DNA from: Eledone cirrhosa
Taxonomy: Eukaryota
Direction of reading: 5' to 3'
NCBI GenBank assembly: GCA_964016885.1
Contig: OZ024746.1
Span: 26,226,001 to 26,290,000, forward strand
DNA: 64,000 bases
Positions within the stretch are counted from its first letter, which is position 1; each line of letters starts with the position of its first letter. The translations under genes and the position numbers were made by a program. Below the pieces are notes generated by a model that made no database searches, was not told where the DNA came from, and saw only the letters and a list, made by a program, of their open reading frames with translations. This document shows, piece by piece, positions 1 to 14,909 of this stretch.

Positions 1-1061
1 TACATATATACTGTGGATACCTCTGTGTATATATATACATATATACTGTGGATACCTGTGTGTATATATATACATATATACTGTGGATACCTGTGTGTAT
101 ATATATACATATATACTGTGGATACCTGTGTATATATATACATATATACTGTGGATACCTCTGTGTGTATATATATATATACATATATACTGTGGATACC
201 TGTGTATATATATATACATATATACTGTGGATACCTCTGTGTATATATATATATACATATATACTGTGGATACCTGTGTATATATATATATACATATATA
301 CTGTGGATACCTGTGTGTATATATATACATATATACTGTGGATACCTGTGTGTATATATACATATATACTGTGGATACCTCTGTGTATATATATATATAT
401 ATACATATATACTGTGGATACCTGTGTATATATATATACATATATACTGTGGATACCTCTGTGTATATATATATATACATATATACTGTGGATACCTGTG
501 TATATATACATATATACTGTGGATACCTGTGTATATATACATATATACTGTGGATACCTGTGTGTATATATACATATATACTGTGGATACCTCTGTGTAT
601 ATATATATATACTGTGGATACCTGTGTGTATATACATATATACTGTGGATACCTGTGTGTATATATATACATATATACTGTGGATACCTGTGTATATATA
701 CATATATACTGTGAATACCTGTGTGTATATATATACATATATACTGTGGATACCTGTGTATATATATACATATATACTGTGGATACCTGTGTGTATATAT
801 ATACATATATACTGTGGATACCTGTGTGTATATATATACATATATACTGTGGATACCTGTGTGTATATATATACATATATACTGTGGATACCTGTGTATA
901 TATACATATATACTGTGGATACCTCTGTGTATATATATACATATATACTGTGGATACCTCTGTGTATATATATACATATATACTGTGGATACCTGTGTAT
1001 ATATACATATATACTGTGGATACCTGTGTATATATACATATATACTGTGGATACCTCTGTG

Positions 1062-1127
<66 letters not shown>

Positions 1128-1160
1128 TACTGTGGATACCTCTGTGTATATACATATATA
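1..1160. repeat. Minisatellite, unit ~30-40 bp TACATATATACTGTGGATACC(TC)TGTGT(AT)n
   Basis: Invariant core ACTGTGGATACC recurs throughout, separated by variable (AT)n; ends in a pure (TA)n run near 1070-1120. The overlapping ORFs are repeat translations. Confidence 0.97.
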
Positions 1161-1191
1161 AATATACATTAATCATATATATATATATAGA

Positions 1192-1537
1192 TGGAGGCAC
1201 ATGGCTTATTTGTTAGAGTATTGGCCTTGCAATCGAAAGGTTGTGAGTTCAATTCTCAGACCGGGTGATCTGTTGTTTCCTTGAGCAAGACACTTTATTT
1301 CACATTGCTCTAGTTTACTCAGCTGTAGAAATGAGATGATAGGGACTGGGGTCCCTATCATTCCACTATAAAGTGGTCGTGGAGGCGCCACGGCAAAAAA
1401 GCACCCAGCACTCACTGTAAATGAGGTTGGTGTTAGGAAGGGCATCCAGCTGTAGAAATCAAGCCAGAATCAGTTCCCATCCCACCCTTGCAAGCAGGGA
1501 AAAAGCGGACGCAAAATGAAATGATGATGATGATGAT
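1192..1537 (+). mobile_element. SINE family A, full length (tRNA-derived head, CORE-like centre, RTE-type 3' tail)
   Basis: Head GGAGGCACATGGCTTA..GTTAGAG..GTGAGTTCAATTC (pol III A/B boxes); CCTTGAGCAAGACACTT resembles the CORE-SINE motif; tail TTGCAAGCAGGGAAAAAGCGGACG..AAATGA(ATG)n. Near-identical copies at 25625, 51299, 52773 and 55926. Confidence 0.9.
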
Positions 1538-1962
1538 ACATGTTTTAAAATCACATAAGGTGATTTGTGCATCCATGATACTGGAGCATCATGCCACACA
1601 CCATCTGACTCAATGCTAACTAGAATCAATCAAATAACAGAGTACGTGACTTACAGAATCAGTGGTGTAGTAGCAATATTGAACAAATTAATTAGGGTTA
1701 TCAACAAAAATTAATATGACTAACAACCAATCGACCATCAAATCATCTAATAAAAATATCAAAATTATTGATATATATACCACAAATTAATTATGGTTAC
1801 TAACAAGATTAATATACCTAATATAAAACAATATATAATTTCATCAACATGTTGTATCCAATAAAATACATTGGCACCCATAGAGAAGGTGTGTGTCTTA
1901 CTGGCTAGAGAACACTATTATACACAAGTATACATTTAAAAAAAATTTTTTATTGAGCTTAA

Positions 1963-2173
1963 CCCTTTAGCATTTACATTACTCTACATTTACTATTGTA
2001 TTTTCATAAAAAGGCTTTATCTCACATAATCTTGAATCTAATGAGATTTTGATGACATTCTATATTTTGAGAATGATATTTTAACGCTGGTATGAGCATC
2101 TGGTTACGGCCAGTTCAAACAGAAAAGGGGGAGATAATTTTGGCCAGATATGGTCGATTTAAATACTAAAGGG
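1963..2173. mobile_element. piggyBac-type MITE
   Basis: TTAA|CCCTTTAGCATTTA ... TAAATACTAAAGGG|TTAA: terminal inverted repeats starting CCC with TTAA on both sides; second copy at 36405-36648. Confidence 0.8.
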
Positions 2174-2650
2174 TTAAAAATACTTATTTCAAATGTCAAG
2201 ATTACAGATACAAGTTGATAACAATTGTTTAGAAATGATATTTAATATATCAGCAGTATTTGTTATTTGGGAATCAGTATAACTGAATGCTGTTTGTTGC
2301 AAAACAGGAAATTGATAAAATATATTAATAAAAAGGTTACATATGATCTGCCATGCTTTGATAACATTGTTACAACTAAGACCTAACTAACGTTAAAATA
2401 TATATATTTCTTTCCGCTTCAGTAATAAGGTGATAATTCCTATGTTATGAAGTTGTTGTTTGGTGGATAACATGGTACAACTTTACAAAGAACATTTACA
2501 TAGACATGGCTGTGTTCTGGGGTCATATAATTTACAAGGATGTAAGTTATTCTGGGTTTTTCAGCTTCAGAAATAACGGTCAAATTATATCTAAGTCTTA
2601 CATCCAGTCTCTGGTTGCTACAAATATTGCTATGAAAGGGTTAAAAAATG

Positions 2651-2775
2651 TCTGTGTGTGAGTGTTGTGTAGTGTGCATGTGTGTGTGGTGTGTGTTGTG
2701 TGTGGTGTGTGGTGTGTGTTGTGTGTGGTGTGTGTTGTGTATGGTGTGATGTGTGTGTGTGTGTATGTATGTGTG
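2651..2775. repeat. Imperfect (TG)n microsatellite
   Basis: Direct inspection. Confidence 0.9.
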
Positions 2776-3379
2776 AGTCTTCTGGACACAAACCAATGTT
2801 TTAAACAGCAGAAAAGAAGCACCTAATTTGTTCTTCTGATAATGTGAAACCAAGAATAAAATGTAATTTGATAGAAGTTAACGGAATCCTCTGGCAATTT
2901 ACTTCTTTAAGAGCTCAGCTGTGCAAAATTAGGTTTACAGAGAGAACAATTTGGTGCAACCACTGACCAAAAATGGACAGTGAGAGATAATCACGGCATT
3001 GGAATTTACTAATTTTACAAAAATTATTGAAATTCTTTTCATGAAAAAAATATGGTTCTTACAGAGAAGCGTGAAAGTCATGACATTATTTTATGTCCGT
3101 TCTTCCATGCTTGCATGGGTTGGAAGAAAGCCTGAGCTTATCCCAGCTTTAGGAGGCATTAAGTAACTGAGACTATATGACTCCAACAATGACTGGAAGC
3201 TAATCCATCACAGGGATGATACCCAGCTGCTGGTGTTCATTCCTTTCAACTGAGAGAACTGCAGCTGTGATATGAAGTACCTTATTTCAAGGACCATGTG
3301 ATTACGACTAGTTTTGTGATACAGCTAATATAACAATATACATATACAAGTAAATACACACACATAGTATGATGCCTGT

Positions 3380-3752
3380 GTGAGAAGTGTGATATTGCAT
3401 GACAGTGAGGCATGAACAGTAAATACAGAGTACGGAAGAATTGCAAAAAAAAAGGGGGGGGGGGGTAAAGAGCAATCAGAAGCAGTGTGCAACAGAGAAA
3501 GATGTGGTGGTGTTGTAGACATGTGATGTATATAGACAATGAATGCTGGGTGAAGAAGTGCCACAAGATGCAGTGGAAGGAAACTGCAGTAAAGGAAGAC
3601 TGGGGAAGACTTGGGCAGAAATAGTGAAAGTGGATCTCACAGAGGAGATGACAAAGGAACAAAGTAGGTAGAGAGAAGCTGTGCAGGAAAAGACCCATGC
3701 AAACCATGTAAGGATGAAAAAAAGCAGATGTAAAAGGATAATGATCATGAAT
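3380..3752 (+). mobile_element. Decayed RTE LINE 3' end
   Basis: Frameshifted translation ..IRSSVQQRK..RHVMYIDNECWVKKC..GRLGKTWAEIVKVDL parallels the C-terminus of the ORF at 30693-32539; followed by a degenerate RTE-type tail. Confidence 0.7.
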
Positions 3753-4626
3753 GTAAATAAAATAATTTCTTAAGATAAGTATCACTTTTTGACTGATGCC
3801 AGACAAGATAATTCTCCTTGATAACTTAATATTACTAGATGTGTGTATATGTATAACTAATTAGTTGACACTTTCAAGCTCACCATGAACAAATGATTGA
3901 GAGTGAAACTGAAATTAAATGATTGGGAAATTAAGGATGGGAATGAAAGACATAGCAGAGATGACATGAAAAACAGCCATTGTTGAAATAAATGAGTTTA
4001 AGTGGGAGAGAGGGGGGGTAGGAAGGGGAACGAGGATGGGGAGGGGGGACAGAGAGAGAGAGAGAGAGAGGATACAGCAACTTTGCCTTCCATCCTTTAG
4101 AGATTGATAAACAAAAAAAAACAGTCCAATACTGGGGCTGGTTCTTCCTTTATATCTCTTTCTCTCTCTCACACACACACACACTCTCTCACTCTCTCTC
4201 TTTCTCTCTCTCTCTTTCTCTGGAAAAAAATTGGCTGTGTTCAGACCTAGAGAGGGCATGGGCTCCACCAGGTGCCCCTATGACTCCATCAGGAGGTATG
4301 GGTCCATACATATTTATGTAGTTGCTGCAAGATATGATAGTAATAGATAATAAAGAGAGTGTTGAGAAAGTTGGTAGAATGTGTATAGAAATATAAAGAT
4401 GGAACTGGGATAAAAAGGATGGCAAAACAAAGCTACAATAATGTTTTTATCCTATATATTCTATTGTGATATATCAAGGCAAAAACCTTTTCCAATGAAT
4501 GCAGAAAAATGAAATGTTAAGTTCCCACTAACTTTTTAGTGTGTGTGTGTGTGTGTGTGCGTACGTGCATGTGCGTGTGCAGGCACGCACACACGTGTCA
4601 CTGAGTGTTGGTGGAAGTCTGATATA

Positions 4627-4824
4627 CGAGGGTGGACTGAAAAGTTCATAGGCCGACTATGAAGGAGTGATGCTAGAGCTGTGAAATCTTGCATGCATCG
4701 ATTTCAACTCTTCTTATTAATAATGCCTTTGTTTCTTTCCAGGCACTATGTTGAAAAATAAACCTCATTTGATTATTCCATGAGAGTATCTTGGTCACCC
4801 TACAAACTTTTCAATTGACCCTCA
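4627..4824. mobile_element. Tc1/mariner-type MITE (decayed)
   Basis: TA|CGAGGGTGGACTGAAAAGTT ... AACTTTTCAATTGACCCTCA|TG: imperfect mariner-like TIRs with TA at the left end. Confidence 0.6.
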
Positions 4825-5644
4825 TGCACAGACCAGTTATAACAGCCAGTATGCTCCATGTAGCTCTAATCTATTATTAATGCTCAGCTTATGCCTCTTT
4901 ATACAGTAAAACAAAGATAAAAGTAGTATAGACACCTAATGTTCATAATTTATAATAGGTGTGTGTATACGTCTTCATACTGACACTAATTAAAACAGAT
5001 TGTGTTGTTTGTTTATGTCTGCAGTTTGATTGTTCAACAGGTGAAGATCACTGGAATAGATACTATACTTAAAAATAAAGGTTAGCAGCACCAGGAAGAG
5101 TGTCTGGACATAGAATACTACCTCAGAAAAGTTTCATCTGACCCATGTTATCATGGAAGAAGCAGACATAAAAATCTACAGTTGATGATGATGATTATTA
5201 TTATCATTATTATGACTACAGAATTCTTGTCTCATTTTAATCGAAAACACATTTTTATGTATCATGAAGTATAATGCACAAAATGGATTTTTGGAATACT
5301 GGAAAATGGTTTAGAACTGTGACTCTGATAATTGATTTTTCCATTTAATACTGAGTGAAAGAATCTATCACCCCATCCACCACCATACATAACGATGTGG
5401 TTAAAAAAACCTAATTGCTTCTAATGGACTGCTATAAGAAATATTAGTATGTTGAAGACTGTTGCCTTTTAGAGGGTTTAAGAAATATCTGAAGAATGTC
5501 TTTATAATTTTGTTAATATTTTTATTTTGTTGACAGTTTTTATCTTTCTATCTTTCCGACTGAAATATCTTCTGTATTATATATAAACAATTATATTATA
5601 TATTACATAAAGGTAACTACATTATATATATTATACATACTACA

Positions 5645-5898
5645 AATGGCCTCTTCTTAATGAGAAAACTACAAGAGAAGTTCTTAGCTAAGTATAAGCC
5701 ACTATACCTAGCTTTCATTGATTTGGAGAAGACCTTTGACAGAGTACCATAATCTATCAACTGGTGGTCCCTAACGAAACTAGGTGTAGAAATATAGCTT
5801 GTGAGAGAAGTGCAAGTCATGTACATAGGAGCAGTTTGTAAAGTGAGAGTAGGTAGTCAATCTAGTTAAGAATTCAGTGTGCAGGTAGGAGTTCATCA
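5645..5898 (+). mobile_element. RTE LINE RT fragment
   Basis: Translates to LQEKFLAKYKPLYLAFIDLEKTFDRVP..WWSLTKLGV, matching LQEKYLAKSKPLYLAFVDLEKAFDRVP in the long LINE; contains stops. Confidence 0.85.
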
Positions 5899-5919
5899 AC
5901 CCAAAACAGGAGTTTAAAA

Positions 5920-6320
5920 CTGGCTGTTTCAAATTGATCTGGCTGAACCCTCAAGTGAGAGCAACCAAGTTCATAGATGTTATCCAACCATTTTGCTGAT
6001 AGTCTACCTCTAGGTCTCTTGTCAGTTAGTTTTTCCTGTAAAATCTGTCCGGCAATTCTTTCCTGAGACATTCTAACCCCATATCCATAGTATCAGAGCT
6101 GTGATCTCTCAATTCAGAGAAGTAGCAGCTCTACATGGAGCAACTCCCTGATCTATGAACTATGCACTATCAAGTAACATTACTCCAAAGACTCTTCAGT
6201 GGAACCCCAGTTCAGCCGCTTGTATTCACAATCGTATTCCTTCAGTCATTAACTAAGATTCGTGACCATAGGCATGAATACCGAATTAAAGATAGCGAGT
6301 TTGGTTTTTTATAACAGTTT
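5920..6320 (-). mobile_element. Decayed LINE (RTE-like) ORF C-terminal fragment from a different subfamily
   Basis: ..ERSQL*YYG..RMSQERIAGQILQEKLTDKRPRGRLSAKWLDNI fits the 'LRW.GH..RM...RPRGRP..RW.D' C-terminal motif of RTE/L2-type ORFs. Confidence 0.65.
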
Positions 6321-6819
6321 AGGAAAATATTTTCAGAAATATCTTAATCACCATCATTTAATATGCATTCTTCCATGCTAGCATGGGTTGAAAAGGTCAT
6401 CACAGACCAAGTTAATACTTAATCAGAGTCACTGCCCTTTGCTGTACAGCTAAGCTGTGGAAAAAAAAGTTTATGAACTACATCAACAAATATCTAATGT
6501 TATCAGTTGTGTCAAGGGCAAAACAATCTCTCTAATATTGGTGACCTACACAATAAACGCACCCAGTACAGAGATAACTAGACAAATAAGGTGTCAGCAT
6601 GACACTTCAGCTATGTCAAAGACACAGCAAACCTCTCTGGTACCGAGGCCACAATAAAATTCACAGGCTCTGGTAGAGTGCAGGTACCTGGTCCATCTGA
6701 GAGGTCAGTAGCTCCACTTGAGTACTGACTTGGTCAGTGGTGACCTGTCCAACTCTTGCTAGTAGGGAAAACAGATGTTAAATGATGACGATGATGATGA
6801 TGATGATAATAATAATATT

Positions 6820-6855
<36 letters not shown>

Positions 6856-6857
<2 letters not shown>

Positions 6858-7320
6858 TGACTGCCCCCTCGTTATCGAGTATGGCCATTGCACGATATAC
6901 CATTATAAATAATTATTAATTAATTCTATTGTGCAATGCCTGTGTGTGAAGATATTTTTTAAAGTGAGGAAAGACCGTGCACTGAGCCAATCCCACTCTC
7001 TGAGCGACAGTAGCTATAACCCGAAAAGAAGAAAAGATCAACATCATCGGTAACTACTGAGCGCAGGTTTTATATCGGAGTTATCTCAGTTTCCTGAGTT
7101 GCCTTCTCCTAGAAGAATGCCCTGACAAAGGCTAGGGGTCCTTCACTCCCAGTTGTTTAACCACGCGATCGAGTGTCCAGCCCGACTATTTCTATGTCCC
7201 CGCGCATATACATACACATGCACCTATGTATATACACATATACATACATATGTACATGTGCATATACATATTTACACACTTTTGGATGGTCGTTGACTAT
7301 TATGAGTTCTTCCGCCCTTT
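6856..7320. repeat. Dispersed repeat family C (unclassified)
   Basis: Blocks GCAATGCCTGTG, AATCCCACTCTCTGAGC, CCCGAAAAG, CCTTCTC.TAGAA, CTTCACT.CCAG and GAGTTC.TCCGCCCTTTG occur in the same order at 43300-43582; partial inverted copy at ~61430-61490. Confidence 0.7.
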
Positions 7321-8628
7321 GTATATATATATATATACACGCATACATACACCCCACACACAGATAAACACAAACATAGAATGGGCAATGGCACAGTTTC
7401 TGTCTAGCAATTCCACTCACAAAGATTGGTCAGCCCAATGACATAAAAGAAGACATGCCATGCAATAGAATTGAACCCCAAACCATGTAGTTGCGAAGTG
7501 AACTTCTTAACTATAAAATCATGTCTTTCAGCATATATATTGCATGTTTTTTTTAATGTTAATCAACAATGTCCATCTTGCCTGTTAGAACTCACCATTC
7601 AATGTAATGACCAAAGTGATCCTGATTAAGAACTGAAACATTAGAATCAGCTGGAAGAAAAGATTACATGACAACTAACCAAATTACTGCATGAAAGCAG
7701 AAGTTCTATGCAATGCTTTACTTTCAGACATGATTCCATTGTCATCTTCTGCCACTCTCTACCAGCTGATTTTATCAGAAAATAGATAAGAAGCTTAAAG
7801 AAGTGTATCCCATCACTATCTATATCTACTACACCGGAGGTCCTTAGTGAAAGATAACTTCATTTATCCTAACAATATCTACTCTGCAAATCCTTATTAA
7901 AAGACAATCTCGTTGAACTAAAAGCTTTAGATTGAATTCATCGTAGTTCACTCATGTCAACACAAACTAGACTTGACATGAGCAAACAAAAGTTTTGATA
8001 ACAAGGAACAAATATCAGGAAGTCTACAAAGAATGGAAATACCAGTATCAGATATATGGAGGCAGGTGAGAAATTAATAGATGTGTGTGTGGTGGTGGGG
8101 GGTATGTACCTATGTTGTTCTGGTTTTAGTATTTTATAAATTTTCACCAAAGTGCGAGAGCTGGTTTCTAACAGAAACAAGAATACTCTATTGTTATTTA
8201 AACAACTAGGTAAACTTGTATGTGTGTTTATGTGTGCATGCAGGTGTGGATGCTTTTGCAGGTGTGAGTCTGTATGTTTTCAGTTATATGTATACACATG
8301 CATATGTTTCTGTGTATATGCAGTTATTACATGCTAAATTTCTGAAACATTTTACATATTTTTAAAGTTTCATTAATGGACTATACTTCCAACTTCCTAA
8401 CTCTTTCTGGGTCTGTGAATCCCAGCTTCTCAAGATTTGTACTGAGGCAGTTAGTAACATATCCAAGTGCCCCAATGATCACAGGTAAAAAATCTAAAGG
8501 TATAATCAGATTGGAGTATCTACATTCCACAGTAGCTCAGCATAGATGTTCTACTTTTTCACTAATCTTTAACATTAACATCCGCTGGGTAGCTGATTTC
8601 CACTACTGTACATGCCTTGTTTTCTGTC

Positions 8629-8879
8629 TCTTTGCCGTGGCACCTCTACAACCACTTTGCAGTGGAATGATATGGACTGGGGTCCCTATCATTCCACTGC
8701 AAAGTGTAGAAATGAGATGATAGGGATTGGCGTCCCTATCATCTCATTTCTACAGCTGAGTAAACTGGAGCAATGTAAAATAAAGCATGTTGCTCAAGCA
8801 AACAACACATCACCCGGTCTGAGAATTGAACTCACAACCTTTCAATTGCAAGGCCAATGCCCTAACCACTAAGCCACAT
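8629..8879 (-). mobile_element. SINE family A, 3'-incomplete copy with an internal fold-back rearrangement
   Basis: Reverse complement of the family A head and centre; the central palindrome is present twice (see findings). Confidence 0.85.
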
Positions 8880-11149
8880 ATATATAATATATATATATAA
8901 TATATAATATATATAATATATAATATAGTAATAATAATAAATTAGAAGACTAAAATCCAAAGAGGGCTTAAATTTTAATCTGTTATTTTAATAAATATAT
9001 ATATATATAATATATATATATTATATTATATATATAATATATATAATATATATATATTATAATATAATATATATATATATAATATAATATATATATATAA
9101 TATAATATAATATATATAATATAATATAATATATATATATTATAATATAATATATATATATATAATATAAAATATATATATAATATAATATAATATATAT
9201 AATATAATATAATATATATAATATAATATAATATATATAATATAATATAATATATATATATATAATATAATATATATATATATAATATAATATAATATAT
9301 ATAATATAATATATATATATATAATATAATATATATATATAATATAATATATATATATATAATATAATATATATATATATAATATAATATATATATATAT
9401 GATATATAATATATATATATATGATATATAATATATATATATATGATATATAATATAATATATAATATAATATATATATATATAATATAATATATATATA
9501 ATATAATATAATATAATATATATAATATAATATATATATATATAATATATATATATATAATATAAATATATATAATATAATATATATATATATAATATAA
9601 TATATATATATATAATATAATATATATATATATAATATAATATATATATATATAATATAATATATATATATATAATATAATATATATATATATAATATAA
9701 TATATATATATAATATAATATATAATATATAATATAATATATATATATATATAATATAATATATATATATATATATATAATATAATATATATATATAATA
9801 TAATATATATAATATATAATATTATATATATATAATATAATATATATAATATATAATATATATAATATATATATAATATATAATATATATAATATATATT
9901 ATATATAATATATAATATATATATAATATATATATAATATATATATAATATATATATGATATATATAATATATATATAATATATATATGATATATATAAT
10001 ATATATATAATATATATAATATATATATATAATATATATATAATATATATAATATATATATAATATATATATAATATATATATAATATATAATATATATA
10101 TAATATATATAATATATATAATATATATAATATATATATAATATATAATATATATATAATATATATAATATATATATAATATATATATAATATATAATAT
10201 ATATATAATATATATAATATATATATAATATATATATAATATATATAATATATATATAATATATATATAATATATATAATATATATATAATATATATATA
10301 ATATATATAATATATATATAATATATATATAATATATATATAATATATATAATATATATATAATATATATAATATATATATAATATATATAATATATATA
10401 TAATATATATATAATATATATAATATATATATAATATATATAATATATATATAATATATATATAATATATATAATATATATATAATATATATAATATATA
10501 TATAATATATATATAATATATATATAATATATATATAATATAATATATATATATATATATAATATATATAATATATATATATATATAATATATATAATAT
10601 ATATATATATAATATAATATATATATATATAATATAATATATATATATATATATAATATATATATATAATATAATATATATATATAATATATATATAATA
10701 TATATATATATAATATAATATATATATATAATATATATATAATATATATATATATAATATAATATATATAATATAATATATATAATATAATATATATATA
10801 TAATATATATATATATAATATAATATATATAATATAATATATATATATAATATAATATATATATATATAATATAATATATATAATATAATATATATAATA
10901 TAATATATATAATATAATATATATATATAATATAATATATATATATATAATATAATATAATATATATATATAATATAATATATATATATAATATAATATA
11001 TATATATATAATATAATATATATATATATATATATAATATATATATATAATATATATATATATATATAATATATATATATAATATATATATATATATATA
11101 ATATATATATATAATATATATATATATATAATATATAAATATAATATAT

Positions 11150-11181
<32 letters not shown>

Positions 11182-11200
11182 ATATATATATATATATAAT

Positions 11201-11289
<89 letters not shown>

Positions 11290-11375
11290 TATATATATAA
11301 TATAATATATATATATATATATATAATATATATATATATATAATATAATATATATATATATAATATAATATATAT

Positions 11376-11418
<43 letters not shown>

Positions 11419-11475
11419 TATAATATAAAATATATATAAATAATATATATATAATATATAATATATATAATATAT

Positions 11476-11507
<32 letters not shown>

Positions 11508-11538
11508 ATATAAAATATATATAAATAATATATATATA

Positions 11539-11581
<43 letters not shown>

Positions 11582-13926
11582 TATATATAATATATATAAT
11601 ATATAAATATAATATATATAATATAATATATATAATATATAATATATATATATAATATATAATATATATATATTATATAATATATAATATATCTATATAA
11701 TATATATAATATATATAATATATAAAATATATAATATATATAATATATAATATATCTATATAATATATATAATATATATAATATATAAAATATATAATAT
11801 ATATAATATATTATATATATAATATATATAATATATAATATATATAATATATAAAATATATGATATATATATAATATATAATATATAATATATATAATAT
11901 ATAATATATATAATATATATATATATATTATATATATTATTATATTATATATATATTATATATATATAATATATATATATATAAGATATATATATATAAT
12001 ATATATATATAATATATATAATATATATATATAATATATATATATAATATATATATATATAAGATATATATATATAATATATATAATATATATATATATA
12101 ATATATATATATAATATATATATATATAATATATATATATAATATATATATAATATAATATATATATAATATATATATATATAAGATATATATATATAAT
12201 ATATATATATAATATATATATATAATATATATATAATATATATAATATATATATATATATAATATATATAATATATATATAATATATATAATATATATAT
12301 ATATATAATATATATAATATATATATAATATATATAATATATATAATATATATATAATATATATATAATATATATATATATAATATATATAATATATATA
12401 ATATATATATAATATATATAATATATATATAATATATATAATATATATAATATATATATAATATATATATAATATATATATAATATATATAATATATATA
12501 ATATATATATAATATATATATAATATATATATAATATATATATAATATATATATAATATATATATAATATATATATAATATATATATAATATATATAATA
12601 TATATATAATATATATAATATATATATAATATATATATATATAATATATATAATATATATATATATAATATATATAATATATATATAATATATATATAAT
12701 ATATATATATATAATATATATATAATATATATATATATAATATATATATAATATATATATAATATATATATATATAATATATATATAATATATATATAAT
12801 ATATATATAATATATATAATATATAATATATATATAATATATAATATATAATATATAATATATATATAATATATATATATAATATATATATAATATATAT
12901 ATATAATATATATATAATATATATATATAATATATATATAATATATATATAATATATATATAATATATATATAATATATATATATAATATATATATAATA
13001 TATATATAATATATATATAATATATATATATAATATATATATAATATATATATAATATATATATATAATATATATATAATATATATATAATATATATATA
13101 ATATATATATAATATATATATAATATATATATAATATATATATATAATATATATATAATATATATATAATATATATATAATATATATATAATATATATAT
13201 AATATATATAATATATATAATATATATAATATATATATAATATATATAATATATATAATATATATAATATATATATAATATATATAATATATATATAATA
13301 TATATATATATAATATATATAATATATATATAATATATATATAATATATATATATATAATATATATATAATATATATATATATAATATATATATAATATA
13401 TATATAATATATATAATATAATATATATAATATATATATATATAATATATATAATATATATATAATATATATATATAATATATATATATATATAATATAT
13501 AATATATGTAATATAATATATATATATATAATATAATATATATATATATAATATATATATATAATATAATATATAATATATAATATAATATATATATATA
13601 ATATATATAATATATATATATATAATATAATATATATATAATATAATATATATAATATATATATATAATATATATATATATAATATAATATATATATAAT
13701 ATAATATATATATATATAATATATATATATATAATATATATATATATATAATATAATATATAATATATATATAATATAATATATATATAATATATAATAT
13801 AATATATATATATATAATATAATATATAATATATATATATATAATATATATATATAATATAATATATAATATATATATATATAATATAATATATATATAA
13901 TATATAATATAATATATATATAATAT

Positions 13927-13983
<57 letters not shown>

Positions 13984-14874
13984 ATATAATATATATATAT
14001 ATAATATAATATATATTATATATATATATATATATAATATATATATATATAATATAATATATATTATATATATATATATATATAATATATATATGTAATA
14101 TATATATATAATATATATAATATATATATAATATTTATAATATATATATAATATATATAATATATATATAATATTTATAATATATATATATAATATAATA
14201 TATATATATATAATATATATATATATAATATATATAATATATATATATATAATATATATAATATATATATATAATATATATAATATATATAATATATATA
14301 TATAATATATATAATATATATATATAATATATATAATATATAATATATATATATATAAATAAATAATATATAATATATATATATATAAATAAATAATATA
14401 TAATATATAATATATATATATATAAATAAATAATATATAATATATAATATATATATATATAAATAAATAATATATAATATATATATATATAAATGAATAA
14501 TATATAATATATAATATATATATATATAAATAAATAATATATAATATATATATATATAAATAATATATATATATATAATATATATATATAATATATATAT
14601 AATATATAATATAATATATATATATAATATATATATAATATATAATATAATATATATATATAATATATATAATATATATATAATATATATAATATATATA
14701 TATAATATATATAATATAATATATATATAATATATATAATATAATATATATATAATATATATAATATAATATATATATATAATATATATATTTATAATAT
14801 ATATATATATAATATATATATAATATAATATATATATAATATAATATATATATAATATAATATATATATAATAT

Positions 14875-14909
<35 letters not shown>

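Noticed and set aside
13-1216. ORFs of 233-377 aa in all three + frames
   Set aside because: Translations of a stop-free minisatellite; composition is dictated by TA/TG/CA repeats.
1206-1445. Repeated 79-aa [12 protein letters not shown].. (also at 25639, 51395, 52808, 55998) as a small gene family
   Set aside because: It is the antisense frame of SINE A; the similarity reflects recent SINE amplification, and indels break it in other copies.
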